Below, piece by piece: positions 1 to 15,414 of a stretch of 64,000 nucleotides of DNA (positions are counted from its first letter, which is position 1; the number at the start of each line of letters is the position of its first letter). A program made the translations under genes and the position numbers. A model generated the notes under the pieces. The model was not told where the DNA came from. It searched no databases and saw only the letters and a program-made list of their open reading frames with translations. Location: contig OX597818.1 of the NCBI GenBank assembly GCA_951406725.2, forward strand, positions 67,828,001 through 67,892,000, read 5' to 3'. Origin of the DNA: Octopus vulgaris (lineage: Eukaryota).

Positions 1-30
<30 letters not shown>

Positions 31-31
<1 letters not shown>

Positions 32-193
32 GTAAGTTTCCATCTACCAAATCCACTCAAATTGCATTAATCGACCCGAGGTCATAGCAGATAACTCAAG
101 CTAAAGTTGTTGCGCGAAGGAGTAAGCGGAGGAACTGAACCCGGAACAATGAGGTTAGCAAGCAAGCTACTTATAACATAGCGACGCCTGCGC
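31..193 (-). mobile_element. tRNA-derived SINE family A, 5' part (diverged)
   Basis: Reverse complement aligns by eye with the head of the family A copy at 20546-20952 (ctaccaaatccactca...gaactgaacccggaac...aagctactta...cctgcgc). Confidence 0.8.
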
Positions 194-427
194 GTCTATA
201 TATACATGGAAAAATGCAAAATGCCATCTGAATGTGTTTCTGACTGCTTCCGAACATGATAGAGAAAATTATGTAGTTACTGAGAAAGATAGCACAGGTG
301 ACAAATATGGGATTGCCTAATCGCTGTTTAGTAATCTTTCATAATTATCTTTATATTTGCTTCCAATTGGGTTCACCTTTAAATCCCAATACATTAATGC
401 ACACACATACAAACACACATATATATA

Positions 428-1225
428 CACTGAACCGCAACAGAAATGCGGTGTTTTCAAATGTTTATATGGTAAATTCTTAAAAGTTATTTCGGGAATA
501 CACGTGTAAATATTCGAAGACATCCTAGTTTATGGCTGAGAAACAAATTGCAGGTAACCTTTCATTTTTCCCTGAAACTAGAGGCCAAAATGCTATGTTG
601 AATGCAGTGGGGGGCAGTCGCAAACAATTGTGTTGAAAATTGAAATATACGTGCAACTCCAGGAGTTTATGGATATAAAAATCAACTTCAGTAGCGTTCC
701 TGGCATTTGTAAGTTGGACGCATCAGGTATGCCCGGATTGTCAGCAGTACAGAGAGAACAAGTTATCGGCCGATTGCAAGCAGAGCACTGTGGCATTCAC
801 TGTAGCGAAAGCTTACGTCCATGTCAGCACCATCTATCGCCTGCAACAACGATACAAGAACACAAACAACACTGTAGACTGCTTTTGCAGAGAGCACCCA
901 CGGTTGACCACGCGTAGGCTGGACTGCTTCATCCACCTGCAACACCTCCGTGATCACTTCAGACCGACCACGTGACAGCTCGCGAGACCATTGGCACTGG
1001 ACAACGACTCATCAGCGACGACACGGTACGACGTCGACTGACCCCCCAAGAACCTGCGTTGCCGTCATCCTGCTCGAGGGCCTGTGGCGACCGACCGTCT
1101 CCGTCAGGCACGACAACAGTGGGCTACGCAAAATCAACATTAGAGTCATCAGCAATGGAGGCCGATAGTCTTTCCTGACGAGAACAGGTAAAGTGTTTCC
1201 ACCTTGGATGGCAGATCGAGGAGTG
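428..1225 (+). mobile_element. Decayed Tc1-like DNA transposon: left end plus transposase N-terminal half
   Basis: Begins TA|CACTGAACCG. From the ATG at 729, frameshifted translation gives MPGLSAVQREQVIGRLQA..VHVSTIYRLQQRY..RLTTRRLDCFIHLQHLRD..TARETIG..ISDDTVRRRL and WRPIVFPDENR*..DGRSR. These match the Tc1 paired-HTH and the WxxVLFSDES first catalytic Asp motif. Confidence 0.85.
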
Positions 1226-1759
1226 AATGTCGATCAGACAAAGATGCTTCAGTCCACAGACAAGCGATATCATCCCTACAATAAAGCCAGATATATCTCG
1301 GTGAACAGATGTGCAGAACAACTACAACCACAATCAATTTGTTATTTGGATCTGAACACAAGTAAGACCAACTAAAGGGGCCTCATTTATCCAAAATATG
1401 TGCTGGGATTAAACAGAAGTCCATAGCGAAATTTTAAGGATTTACCCTAACTATTGTAAAGATTGAATGTAGACCAGTATTAAAAATTACAAACTTACCT
1501 CCCCTATACTGTAAAATACCTCGGTTAGCAATTATCCCCCACTAGCAAACAAAATGTGTAAACCAGAATTTCATCCAAAGCTCAAAATTTGAAAAGCGAT
1601 AACGAACCCGGTTATAATGTTGGAAGAGAAAAGAATCATATTTTGTACAATATTTTATAATACTAAGTTTCAGACGATTTTTTAAATTTTGGAATTTATT
1701 GCGCTTATAAATTTTGGAATCTATTTTTTCGAAAATTCTATTTTTGTATCATTTTGGAA

Positions 1760-2060
1760 TTTGGTCGCCCCGAGACTATAGTGAAAGACACTTAGCAAAG
1801 GTGCCGTGCATTGGGACTGTATATATGTATGTATCTATGTGCGTGTGTGTTTTCTGTCCGTGTTTGTCCCAAATCACCACGTGACGACCTGTGTCGGTGT
1901 GTTTACGTCCCCATGACCAGGCGGTTCGACAAAATAATCAAAGAACTAAGTACCTGAATTAAATAGTAAGTAGTAAATGCTGGGGTGAAACCGTTCGACT
2001 GAAATTATTCAGGTTGTGCACCAGCATGGACGCAGTCTAATGACTGAAGCAAGATAAAAT
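1760..2060. mobile_element. SINE family A copy with its 5' segment inverted
   Basis: 1760-1820 matches family A on the minus strand. 1820-2060 matches the family A body and tail on the plus strand (ccagcatggacgcagtctaatgactgaa). Confidence 0.7.
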
Positions 2061-2423
2061 GTGAGGCTGGAAGAAAGTTAAAAGAGTAAAATGTTAATTA
2101 AAATGTTGAAACCTGTTCTGAACGCAAATAACAATCATATAACAATCAGTTAATGATGATCATTAAAAAAATTCTTTAGCATATGAAAATAAACAAATTA
2201 CAGAGTATTGGTAGGCCCGGCAAACCATGGAGTTTAAGCTGCAAGTGGATGGATCAAAGCCGTATTCCATAAATTCAGCTGCTGGAACTTTCTAAGAGGT
2301 ACTACAGTTGTCAAGATCTCAGCTGTCAGTTAAATACATTTGAAATCTTATGATTACTACCAAACATATGAAAGTGCTAAATAAACTTTATATATAGACA
2401 GATATATATATATATATATATAT

Positions 2424-2710
2424 TAATAGAAATGGTAAGACAACAGAAGAATGAAAGAGACCTCGATATTATGTATATAGAGGAATTTATCTGTAAAAGT
2501 AATATGTGACAATTATTCGGTAGCCATGATACAACTTTGAGTTTCGGCAGTCGGGGTGGAAATCAACGCCGCCATCTCTTCAGTTATCCAGCCATCGGGA
2601 AAAAACTTTTCTTTTTTTCGGATAACTGAAGAGATGGGAGCATGGATTTCGACCCCGACAGCCGAAACTCAAAGTCATATCATGGCTACCGAATAATTGT
2701 CACATATTAC
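2424..2710. mobile_element. Palindromic Penelope-type terminal element with degenerate hammerhead motif
   Basis: About 90-bp inverted arms (2499-2589 and 2620-2710) inside (TA)n. The right arm reads gataa CTGAAGA...cc GAAA ctcaaag TC atatc. A related copy lies at 43165-43450. Confidence 0.7.
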
Positions 2711-2801
<91 letters not shown>

Positions 2802-2803
2802 TG

Positions 2804-2867
<64 letters not shown>

Positions 2868-2888
2868 CATATATATATATATACATAC
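2711..2888. repeat. (TA)n microsatellite, one of dozens in the window
   Basis: Direct reading of the sequence. Confidence 0.98.
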
Positions 2889-2965
2889 TTATGTGTGTGC
2901 GTCTGTAGATATATAGTAAAAATATATTTGCCAATGTAAAGGGGCAGTCTTTATTTGGACAATGT

Positions 2966-3152
2966 TACTACCGTTTAGCCCCAAGAAAACACCTTTTCCA
3001 ACTTGGTTACCGACTGACCATCCGTATCCGTATACGGTGATCAAGGGAGCTAACGTTCCCTCCAGCTTTAGCATTTTGCTCACAGTATACGAACACAGAA
3101 AATGTGTCTGTATCCAGTTGGAAAAGATGTTTTCCTGGGCTAAACAGTAGTA
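2966..3152. mobile_element. MITE with ~36-bp terminal inverted repeats and TA flanks
   Basis: ta|ctaccgtttagccccaagaaaacaccttttccaact pairs with agttggaaaagatgttttcctgggctaaacagtag|ta. Confidence 0.75.
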
Positions 3153-3325
3153 AAATCGTCCAAAGCAGGACCGCAACTTCACGTTGGCAGATAGACTTCA
3201 CTACATAGCACTGTTACTACATATTTCTCGCTTAGAGATTTAAAACTATTCGTCTTGCCCTTTATATGTTTACACACTCACACACACAAGTAAATATGTG
3301 TATATATAAATGTGTGCGTGTATAC

Positions 3326-3362
<37 letters not shown>

Positions 3363-3393
3363 TGTATATACATATATGTATATATATACATAC

Positions 3394-3479
<86 letters not shown>

Positions 3480-3811
3480 TTATAGGTATGTATAAATGTT
3501 TAGTTAGATATATTCTATAAGAATCTTATATGCTGAATTTTCAGTGATTGCTCACCAAAATCAAAAAGAGTTACTTTTTCTATATTTTAAACAAGCAAAA
3601 ATTTCCCATATTACTTCATATTTCAATAAAATCTACCATTCGATAAATTATTAAAAATTCACATTTTATATCTCTGAGGAGCCGAATTATTGTCTATAAA
3701 TGTTTATCAATATAGGACTCCATTATACAGACAATAATTTTTCCGAAACGATCATAAGATGCTTTAAAAAATTTATTTTAAACTATTAAATTTTAATCTG
3801 TCATATTTATT

Positions 3812-4618
<807 letters not shown>

Positions 4619-4699
4619 GTCATTATTATTATTATTATCATTATTATTATTATATATTTATATTTATAAATATTTACATATATTTTTATAAATATTTAC

Positions 4700-5090
4700 A
4701 AATAAAAAGCCAGAAGTTGTTTAGGAGGACAAAAGAAGTGATATGGGAAAAGTGGGGATGAAGAGGATCCAGAAAAAATTATGTATATGTCGGTTGAGTC
4801 TAGATGCAGTGGAAGGGATGATGGCAAGTTTCTTTTTCTGGTTTGTCAGCGTTGTTTCATATTTTTGTGTTCCATATTTGTGTCGCATAAAAGTGAACAA
4901 AAGAAAAATGTTTATGGATTTTCAAGGAGGCAAAAATTGTAGGTAGGTTTATGAGGTGTAGCAAACGTTCAAAAAGATGACTAAATGGTAGATGTTACTT
5001 GCTCTATGTAGAACTATGTACAGAGTAAGAAAATGAGAATGGAATTTTGTGTTCAGCAGGAGGGCGAATTTAAACGTTAGGAATGACTAT
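4700..5090 (-). mobile_element. Possible heavily decayed Penelope-like endonuclease C-terminus
   Basis: Fragments HKIPFSFSYSV and FATPHKPTYNFCLLE loosely resemble the PLE GIY-YIG tail. Many disruptions. Confidence 0.3.
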
Positions 5091-5938
5091 TACACACACG
5101 CACACACACAATAACTGTGAAACTTGCGCGCGGGCATATCTGTTTTTCTTTCCAAAATACCAGACATATTTGGCAAAGTATATTTTTCAATAGTTGGCAT
5201 TGGAATGGTTCCATTGTTTTAATATATAAAGATAAAACCTCTCATCAATATTCATGCATGGCTTGATGGTGCCACGGGATACACCTTAGGGTAAATAACG
5301 GAATAAAGTCATGTAGCAATTCTTTTTTCGATAGTGATATTAATCTTTAAATGAGTTAAGTAATGAAAGGATTTTTTCTGGAATCGATCAGTAAATTTAC
5401 GCTTCTTAGTACCAGCAACATGTCATCTTGTTACATGCCTCGTTCTATGTAAAATATATGAGTGACATTTAATTCAGTGCTTTCATCTCATTATAACAAA
5501 GAAGAGATCATTGCTTAATTTCACATGTGATACTGCTTTAGAATAATGAGAAAATACCGCAAATATTTTCAAAAGATAATATTAATCTCAGGAGTAATAA
5601 ATTCACTATTGTTTGCTTCAGTGATATTTTCGTTTACTTCCTAAAAGCTGGCGCCGAGGCGGCTAAGTGCAAAAGGTATATTGGTAATTCTCTCTGCTTT
5701 CTTATTACTTTACTCCATCACAATCAAACTTTCTTCCATGCTCATTATCTCATTAACTTACTAACTTCTTATAACAATTATCAAAGTATAAAAAGATAAT
5801 TTCCACTTAACGCACATTGTTTCAAAAGACCATATTGACGACGCAGGGGTCAACAGTAATTATTTTAAAACGTAGGCATACTTGTATACCATATATATCT
5901 ATGTCTCTATATACATGTATGTTTGTTATAAACGAATG

Positions 5939-5983
<45 letters not shown>

Positions 5984-6054
5984 ATATATGAACATACATA
6001 TATATACATATGTATATAATATATAATATATATATACATATATGCGTGTGAGTG

Positions 6055-6092
<38 letters not shown>

Positions 6093-6109
6093 TGTGTGTG
6101 TGTATAGAT

Positions 6110-6995
6110 AGATGAAGAAATAAATGGAGTTAAACGCAGGTGTTAGTCAAATTATTTTACTTCTGACATATGCTTCGAAGATAGCATTGGTTTTATTCTA
6201 GAAGGAATAAAATGGCGTAAAACATTGCAATCTTCTCATCAGGGAAAGAAAGAAATGAAAACACCATTAAGGCATTTTAACAGAATGTGATGACTGTGTT
6301 ATAATGATGAAGGGAAAAGCTGTAAAGTTGTTTTTTAAACCGTTAGTAGATATTCCGTCAAAGGTAGCTTATAGAAAGAGAAGGGGAAAAAGTAAAGAAA
6401 TTAGCAAGGAAACTAATAGTGGGGAAATATAGGGCGATGGAGGAATTAGAAAAAGCTTAAAAGCGTGGAATTAGATATATTTAGTGCGTGTGAAATGTAA
6501 GAAGACAATCAAAGATCAAATTTTATAGAAAGGCAGAAATCATTTATAAGAACTAAAGGTAGGTTTCTGCCAATATTTGCAACGATAAAAGCATTCTATA
6601 AACGTGTTTACAAGGGGATTCTTTGAGAATAGAATATAAAATATTTCGCTATTACAAAGCGAGCAGAAATAGAGAAAATATTCGATTCCAAATTAAATTG
6701 TTTATTATGATGCTTTAGATGCCATATTAATATACTAAACCCTGTATTGTTACATTTATTGATAAGCCTGAATCTGGTGTAATGATTAGATATTATTTTG
6801 GACAACTGAGATGATGAACTACCTTAATAAAAAATAAGTCTGAACCAGAAATAATTTTACATTGATAAATGGACATTTTAGTCTTAGAATTACTGTTAAG
6901 AAAACGAATGCGATTGGAGTTGACTTCAGAAACAATAACCCCGCTGTTACGATTATTTAAAGAATGGCTCTTATTGACAAAATTAACGACATTAT
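6110..6995 (-). mobile_element. Penelope-like element 3' fragment: GIY-YIG endonuclease remnant plus terminal repeat
   Basis: Broken translation SIYQCKIISGSDLFF..GSSSSQLSKIISNHYTRFRLINKCNNTGFSILIWHLKHHNKQFNL..CNSEIFYILFSKNPLVN...CKYWQK matches the PLE GIY-YIG C-terminal pattern. A hammerhead motif follows downstream. Confidence 0.75.
6160..6248 (-). ncRNA. Type I hammerhead ribozyme motif (mutated) in a Penelope-like terminal repeat
   Basis: Minus strand: ctttcc CTGATGA gaagat..(long branched stem II)..atcttc GAAg catatg TC agaag. A15.1 is changed to G and the first stem I pair is mismatched. Confidence 0.7.
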
Positions 6996-7395
6996 GCATA
7001 TAAACATACATACATACATACATGTATGTATATATATATATATGTGTGTGTGCGTGTAGATAAATATATATATATATATATAAATATATGTGTGTGTGTG
7101 TGTGCGTGCGCGCGGGTGCATTTTTATATACATTAGCAGAGATAAGCGATTACATTAAAATTATGGAGGATTCTATATTGTTGTATAGTTAAAATTTATT
7201 ATTCTTAAATAAAATCATTACAGACAGGGATTTCGAAGTTTACGCCTAGTTACGCCATCATTGGAGGAACTCCCTGCCAGCATTATTCTTGTCTTCTTTA
7301 AGAATAATAAAGAAGTAAATATATTTATATGTGTGTGTATGTATATATATATATGTGTATGTATATATATTGTGTTTTCATATTCGGATTAACTT

Positions 7396-7509
<114 letters not shown>

Positions 7510-8204
7510 TACATATATACATATGTACGCATATATCTTTACAAATAGTAAGTTAGATATCAAATTATACTTTCAATGAAGTGGAGTGCTAGAGCAAAAA
7601 TATATATATGCCACAGTCTGTGAAAACTTTCCTATTAATGCTAACAGCAAAAATTACATGCAAAACAGCAAGCGTAAATCTTAGTCATATGTTCCATATT
7701 CACATGTGTTGTCTACGAGTGAACAGATTCTCGTATATTTTACATACATAGAAATAAATATATATATATATGTATTTATGTATATATGTTTCTATGTCTA
7801 TATACACATGTGTAAACGTCTACTTACACACGCACACAAACACAGACACAAACACGCACACGTGTATATTTATTTATATATATATATATATATGTAGGTA
7901 TATATATATCATGCACACGAGTTAGAACGCATATAGATCAATAATAGACATAAGTATCTATGTTAAAACACAAAAATAATAGATGCATGCACATGTATAT
8001 AGTTATGTTATAATGCATGCATGCACACACACACACACACACATGTGTATGCATATTTATATATGTATGTATGTATAAATATGTGTTTGTTCATGTTCTT
8101 CTCAATGTCAAAAAATATCACGAAAAAACGGGGATGAATAAAATTTATAAGTACTTTCATTGTTAATTTGAAGAAGAGCTTCTTTCGCACGATCACTTCA
8201 GGAA

Positions 8205-8652
<448 letters not shown>

Positions 8653-9008
8653 ATGCGATCAAAATGAGAAAAAGTAACGCAAATTCCGAAAAAGCAAACA
8701 AGAAGAAATGTAGATATATGGAGATATATGAAGTCTAGATATATGAAGCGGAGATATATGGCCATTAATGAGATATTTGTATGCTAAAAATTCTCTTTCT
8801 GGATTTTATAGCTGTGTGAACAAGAGAGAAAAATGTTGGTGGTTCGACTGCAAAACTTTATTATACAAAAATAGGTTCTTATAACTGTTCTCGTGCTCAG
8901 GATAACTTTGTTCGCTTTTTGTTTTGTTAAACACACGTACATACGCATTTATATGTGCTTGTGTGTCTGTGTGTGTATGTATATATATATATAAATGTAT
9001 ATATATAA

Positions 9009-9083
<75 letters not shown>

Positions 9084-11044
9084 TATACATATATGTGTGT
9101 TCTTGTATATACATATATATTTATGTATGCATGTATATATATATATATATATATACTTATGTATCTATAACTAATTTTTATTTGTATATATATATATATA
9201 CATATATACATACATATATATTTGTACATATACATATATGCATTTATTTATATATAAATATATACATATGTAAGTATCTATGAATATTTTTTATATCCCT
9301 CTTTCTCTTTCTCTCTCTCTCCCTCTCTCTCTCTATATATATATGTATTTTTTATATATATATATGCATAATTGTGTATATACATGTATGCATTTTTTTA
9401 TATATATATACATGCACATATGTATTTTCTTGTTTGTTTGTGTGTGTGACTATTGCCTACATTTTGGTTGTTTTATTTTCATTATTATAGTTTTTGTTTT
9501 CTATGTTTTGTTGTTGTTGTTTCAACTGAATTATCTATTTCTTAACAATGTGGCTGTTTTCAGGTTGGCTTTTTTTTGTAATGTTTGAAGACAAAAGCTG
9601 TTACATCAAATAGCATCAACTTATAGCATTAATGTAGGGATCGACATAAAATCTATTGTGTCGTCACAGCAATTCTTTGACTTTAAGCAGTTGTAGTTCT
9701 CTAGAAATATTGTTGTTTTCGTTGTTATTCTTTCATTCAAATCACTTTCTTCACACAATAACATTGTTTTTCATTCCACTGAATTTTGTATTTCTTTTTA
9801 AACATACACACCATACGCACACACATTCCCACCGACACACAGACACACACAGTATTTGTATCAAACTAAAATCAGATACTCCTTTAGCGCTATAGATGCC
9901 TCAGACTCTTATCTTGGTTCCAATCATTTGACTGAGGCCATGCTGGAGAACCACCTTTTGGCTTATTGTTAATTATGTTATTTGTTCTTCCCACACCAGC
10001 TGGTTGAAAAGGTAAGTCGTTCTCCAGTTTTCGTGTTTCGAAGAATTGCGAATCTCCTCTTTTTAGAATGTTAAAACAGTTCAAAGGCGTATGTATTCAT
10101 AGAATCATGGATTTTGGTCTGCTAGACATAACACTTTCGTAAAGGGACTGAATTCAGATTGTCATCACATGGTTTTGAGTCTCGTTAAATGTGTGTGAAT
10201 ATAAACACGTCTTGTACCTTTCCCGTATTCCTTAAGCAAAGGGACAATTGTTTCCTGCTTACTTCCCCTTTGTTTAAGTCAAATAGAAAAAGTTATGTGT
10301 TCTCCCTTTGCAAGCAGTTATACAAAAGAATTTACCCATCAATATCTTTAAAGCTGCTCATATGATGACCAGATCCTGCATTAAAAGCAACAAACCCCCA
10401 AAACCATTTTACTATACCTGTTCGACTATAACAGTTGTATCTACTTCATAAGCCAAACACTGCTTTCTTACAACAAAAAGAACTTATTTTATAATATATT
10501 CTGTAAAAACTGAGGGTAGTCATGGCGGGAATAGCTTCGTCATAGTTCTACGTATTCAAGGCTTACTTGAAGGTAAACAACAATTACAGTTAATACTAAA
10601 GAGTTATCCATCATATGACAACGGGTAACTTAGGATGTACACTTTTCCAACATATGTTGTAGGAAGAAATATGGCTTACATTCAATAATTCTAATTTAAA
10701 TTTTATCAAATTTCTTTTTGCTTATACAAAACGATGAAATGAATTCTAACTTTCGAACGAAAATAGAATTCAATAAAACAAATTTCTCACGTTTATATTT
10801 GCTAAAAATATTTAACGCTATTTCTCTAAATTCTATCGATATAATCCCATTCTACTCCATCGAAGACTTGCGTTACTGAATTTCATTAAAAAATATGAAG
10901 ATATTTCAGAACGTTGAATGACACTCATCTTGCATCTCTTATGTTGACAGATTCCGTATCACTTTTCCTTCCCTCTTCACCCTCTCTAAGGAATGGACAA
11001 GTCAACAAACATACATTTATCGCAAATATTATTAAACAGACGTT

Positions 11045-11260
11045 TAAGGCATCGTGCTGTATTATCGTTTGCCCAGCAGGCAAAATGCTTAGCGCTGTTT
11101 CGTCTGTTTTTACTTTCTGAGTTTAATTTCCGCCTAGGTCGATTTGCTTTTCCTCCTTTCGGAGTCGATAAAATAAGTATTATTCGAGAACTGGGATCGA
11201 TGTAATCGCCTAGTCTATTACCCTCAAATTTCGAACCTTGTGCCTATAGTGGATGGGATT
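11045..11260 (+). mobile_element. SINE family B (tRNA-like head, Meta/Sauria-like core), diverged
   Basis: aaatgcttagcg..tttcgtctg..ttctgagttt..ggtcgatttgcttttcctcctttcggagtcgataaaataagta matches the family B copies at 20527-21353. Confidence 0.8.
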
Positions 11261-13499
11261 AGTAAACGAACATTCACCGATCAACTATTTATTCCGATGC
11301 AAATAGGATTCAAACCTAGAATCATAAGAACCAATGTGATAATTCAACTGAGTTACGATCACTTTCTAATGGTACGTCGACTGTAGAATAATATCTTACA
11401 GGATTACACTTACTTCACTGTGAACCAATAAATATAGTTGAGTCTTTTTGCTCTAATCTATTTTTTACTTTAGCCTCAATTGAGTTTAGACCGATGCAGA
11501 CATTCTCATGATCAAACACTGATGCAGCCATGGCCAGTTAATATTTTCTTCTAGAGTCCAATTAACCCAGGTATTAACAACTGCGTACTTTAACGCGGTG
11601 GTTCGTTGTGGTGGGATTTGGATTAGGTTGATATTTCTAGCAAGTGAAGTAACCACGTATTTCAGGGCTTCTCAGTATTGTATTTAGTATTCATTTACTG
11701 ACTCTTTTCAGCTCTCCATCCTTGCACTGCTCCAACAAAACTAAATACACCAGATCGAATACTGCTGCCGACAGACGGATCCCATTTGAAAAGCGACTTG
11801 CATAGATGTCATGTCATCAATAAAATTAAAAAAACATCAAAAGTCTATTTTGACGTTTCATATTCTGTGTTGAAAACAAAGAATGAGAGTAGCTAAGTCA
11901 ATTACATCGACTACAATACCTTATCGGTATTTTTATTTTCTCTAATCCGACCCCCCCCAATACAACGTTGGCTTCAACAACACTTGAGCACAAAAAGTAA
12001 AGTGCATGAGAAAATGGCATTAGACATTTTGTCCGACGCACAAACGATTTTGTTAATTAACCACTTTATTTCAATCATTAGGTTTACTAAATGATTCACA
12101 CGGAATAAGAACTGGAGATAATTTTTAAATTAGGGCAAATAAAAGCTGTATCTACCTACCCCACATTCTCCATTCACTACAATACCTATATAAACCTTTG
12201 CTTCAATTTTTCCCGATCGGGTGCTAACCACGTAGGAGGCTCTCAAAAAATGCTACCCACTTATTGAGGGCTTCATAAGTGCTTCGTTTGATAAAGCGCA
12301 CAATTTAATTTTTCATATAAAAATTATTCAATGAAAAACTTATCTGAAGTACTTGAGTAGGTATTTCGTTTACATGTCCATGTAAAAACAATATTTCTTT
12401 GTGAAAAAGTACAAAAGCTTTCTGGGAAAGTGAAGTTGGTTGCGTTTCATATTCACACGTAAGGGATATCTTGTCCTGTTTGTACGGAGACACATTTAAC
12501 TCATGTAAACCATGGTGTAGAAGCACGGAAAAGAGCGTTCTCTGTGGAGTGGATCACACTGACAGAAATAATATTTAAATGCCTCTCAGATATCACCCTG
12601 ATGTCTTACTACAGGAACAACACGTTCGATAGATAATCTATTCATGCTATATTTGAATCAGACAATATTTCCAAGTCTAGTATGTCCTTGATCGTATCCA
12701 TTCAAGCACATTTTTTATTAGGAGAATTACTCTCCATGACAATTTCCACAGCGACGGATTATCCATGCTCAAACATATCTCAATCAACCCTATTTTACAT
12801 CTTCAGTTAATTAATTCCAGCTTTCAAAATCTTTCTGTTTATCACTAAATTTAATATTTCGCTGTATAATAACGGCATTTCTCAGTGACCCCCCCACAAA
12901 GACGGATTTGTTGTCTATAGATGCAGAAATACATGACCTAAACACAATAGTGCAGTGGTGTGTATGCCACACACATTGTCTATAACGAGAAGGTCTCTCC
13001 TGAGACGAGAGTCGCAGTGAGGGGTTCTTTGGGTTTGAACTACACCAGCATGTTAAATATAATTGTATACATTTATCTTTCAGTCAAAGCTGTTTAGTGC
13101 ACATTAACTTGATAAATGGGCAGAAGATATGCTAAGCACAAATTTATATCATTTTCACCTTTGGTATATTTCACTATTATGGTAATTTTGAATCCGTTGT
13201 TCTAAGTGCATTTGAATGCTGAAATAACTGTTTATCTGGGAAACACTTTAACATATCACTATATGAATATATATATATATATACAGATACATGTATATAT
13301 CCACGCATATGCAAATGTAATTGATAATACTCAATTACCAGGCAGAAATTTTTTATCATCAGAATTTTTCCAGCTTGAGCCTTTCGTAAGAAAAAAATAC
13401 CAACGGTGCCATGCAAAGAAATCAAATGAAGCTACAACCAAAAGTTTGCAAAGGAACTTTGTTAAGCGCTACCTACAACGTTATGTAATATAATGAATG

Positions 13500-13720
13500 A
13501 ATAATCCTTTCTAAAATAGGCACAACGCCCAAAATACTGGGGACGGGGAAAGTCGATTACATTGACTCCAGCACTAAATTGGTATTCAATTTATTGACCC
13601 CTGAAACGATGAAATACAAAGTCGATCAAGGTGGAATTTGAACTCAGAACGTGAAAACGGTCGAATAGCCGCTAAGAGTTTCACCCTGTGTGCTACAGAT
13701 TCTATTTACTCACCGCCTTA
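13500..13720 (-). mobile_element. SINE family B, diverged copy
   Basis: aagtcgattacattgactccag...ggaatttgaactcagaacgt...ccgcctt matches family B. Confidence 0.8.
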
Positions 13721-13904
13721 AATAATATTACTAATAATAAAAACTCCAACAAATTTCACTAAGCTTATTTTTTATGATCAGAATCATTCAACTGGTGGCG
13801 GAGAGAAGAATGGCATTTATTTTTTCTCTGACACTTTATGTTCTGAGGTCAAAGCCTACCTAGCGCAATTCTTTCTTTCATCCTATTGGGATTGTCAAAA
13901 GAAA

Positions 13905-13995
13905 GGGTCTTCCTGCACTCACGACGCTTCATAAACCAAGAAGTAGACGCTTCAGTGAAGGATTTCTTCACCTCGAAGGAATAGACCTGGTATCT
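13905..13995 (+). mobile_element. Mariner transposase C-terminal fragment
   Basis: FLHSRRFINQEVDASVKDFFTSKE*TWY. It is close to the reverse complement of 17035-17120. Confidence 0.7.
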
Positions 13996-14536
13996 TTCTC
14001 TCTTCCTTTTTCTAAATCTGTGACCTAATACATAATCCAGAGAGAATTATTAAAAATATTCAGTGAAAATATGAAACATTAATCTGGAATTTATTGCCAA
14101 GTAATTAATTATTACTATGAATTCCTTTAATGCTTCCAACACCAACTTGCCAAAGGCCTCTCATTTGGAAATATTTATATCAAAATTTAAATTTTCTATC
14201 TTAGTTTCACGTAAGAAATGTTGCTAGGTTTTGTTCTAAACACCACATTCTTAATAATGACAATATTATTTGTTTTAGAGAATATTTCTGAATTCTTGAT
14301 TATTTTCAGAATAAATTGCTACGTATGAACAGTGCATTTCATTAGAAATATGGTCACGAATGAGTTAAAGATCACAAAGATGCAATCTCAACAAAATTTT
14401 TCAGTTCAAGGTATTTTCACTGAACATATTACAGCAATTCTTCATAGAAATATTTAATTGTATCTTGGAATATATTTGGTTGTGGTTATTGTTGTTGTTG
14501 TTGTTGTTCTTCTTCTTCTTCTACTTCTTCTTCTAC

Positions 14537-14636
<100 letters not shown>

Positions 14637-15414
14637 CATTATTATTATTATTATCATTCTCATATTTATCCATTCACCATTAATATAACACTAATTTCAT
14701 TCAGCATTACTTTCTTAGAAAATGCTTAATTATATCTCAGAAACATTTGTTGGCTGCACTGACGTGTCTTTTGTTATCTTCACCCAGCTAACGTAATGTA
14801 TCATCTTGTTAAGAAAATACCAGCTGCTCTTATAATGTCAATGTTTTAGTTGTATTTCACAAGATAAAAACACTTGTTATTAATGTCTTATACTGAATAT
14901 CTTCTTGGAAAGATTAAACATTGCTCTGTTAATTATTATTCTTCTTGTTTTGATAATGGCAACCATTTTTGTTGCTGTTAAAGACACTTAAATTTAAAGA
15001 TAAATCACGAAGACTTACATATCACTCTCTCACATTAGCTTGAACTCACCTCCCCCGCCAAATACAACACAGAAATGAAGAAAATCTAAAACAGCTTCTT
15101 TGAACAATTTTTCACTTAACTCAGACTTCAAACTAAAAGTAACTCTTTCTGAATACACTGTGTCAAACTGATGCGAAAGATTTCGCAGTTAAGAAAGAAC
15201 TTTGAAAACCCGTAGATGTAACTCTGTGGTTGGAATTAATTATTAATTTATTACTAGAATAAAACACGTTCTATAATATTCTGTCTTGCTTTCTCAGAAA
15301 TGTTTGCACCTACTATTAATTAATATTTTAGTAATATAAACTATATAAGACAGGTAAATAAATTTATGAAGTTTAACTAATGGCTCTAAGTGAACTGAAA
15401 ACGACTAACCGCAT

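Noticed and set aside
7205-7320. Possible hammerhead relic on the minus strand (..cttcGAAAtccctGTC)
   Set aside because: The 5' core and stems are too degenerate to support.
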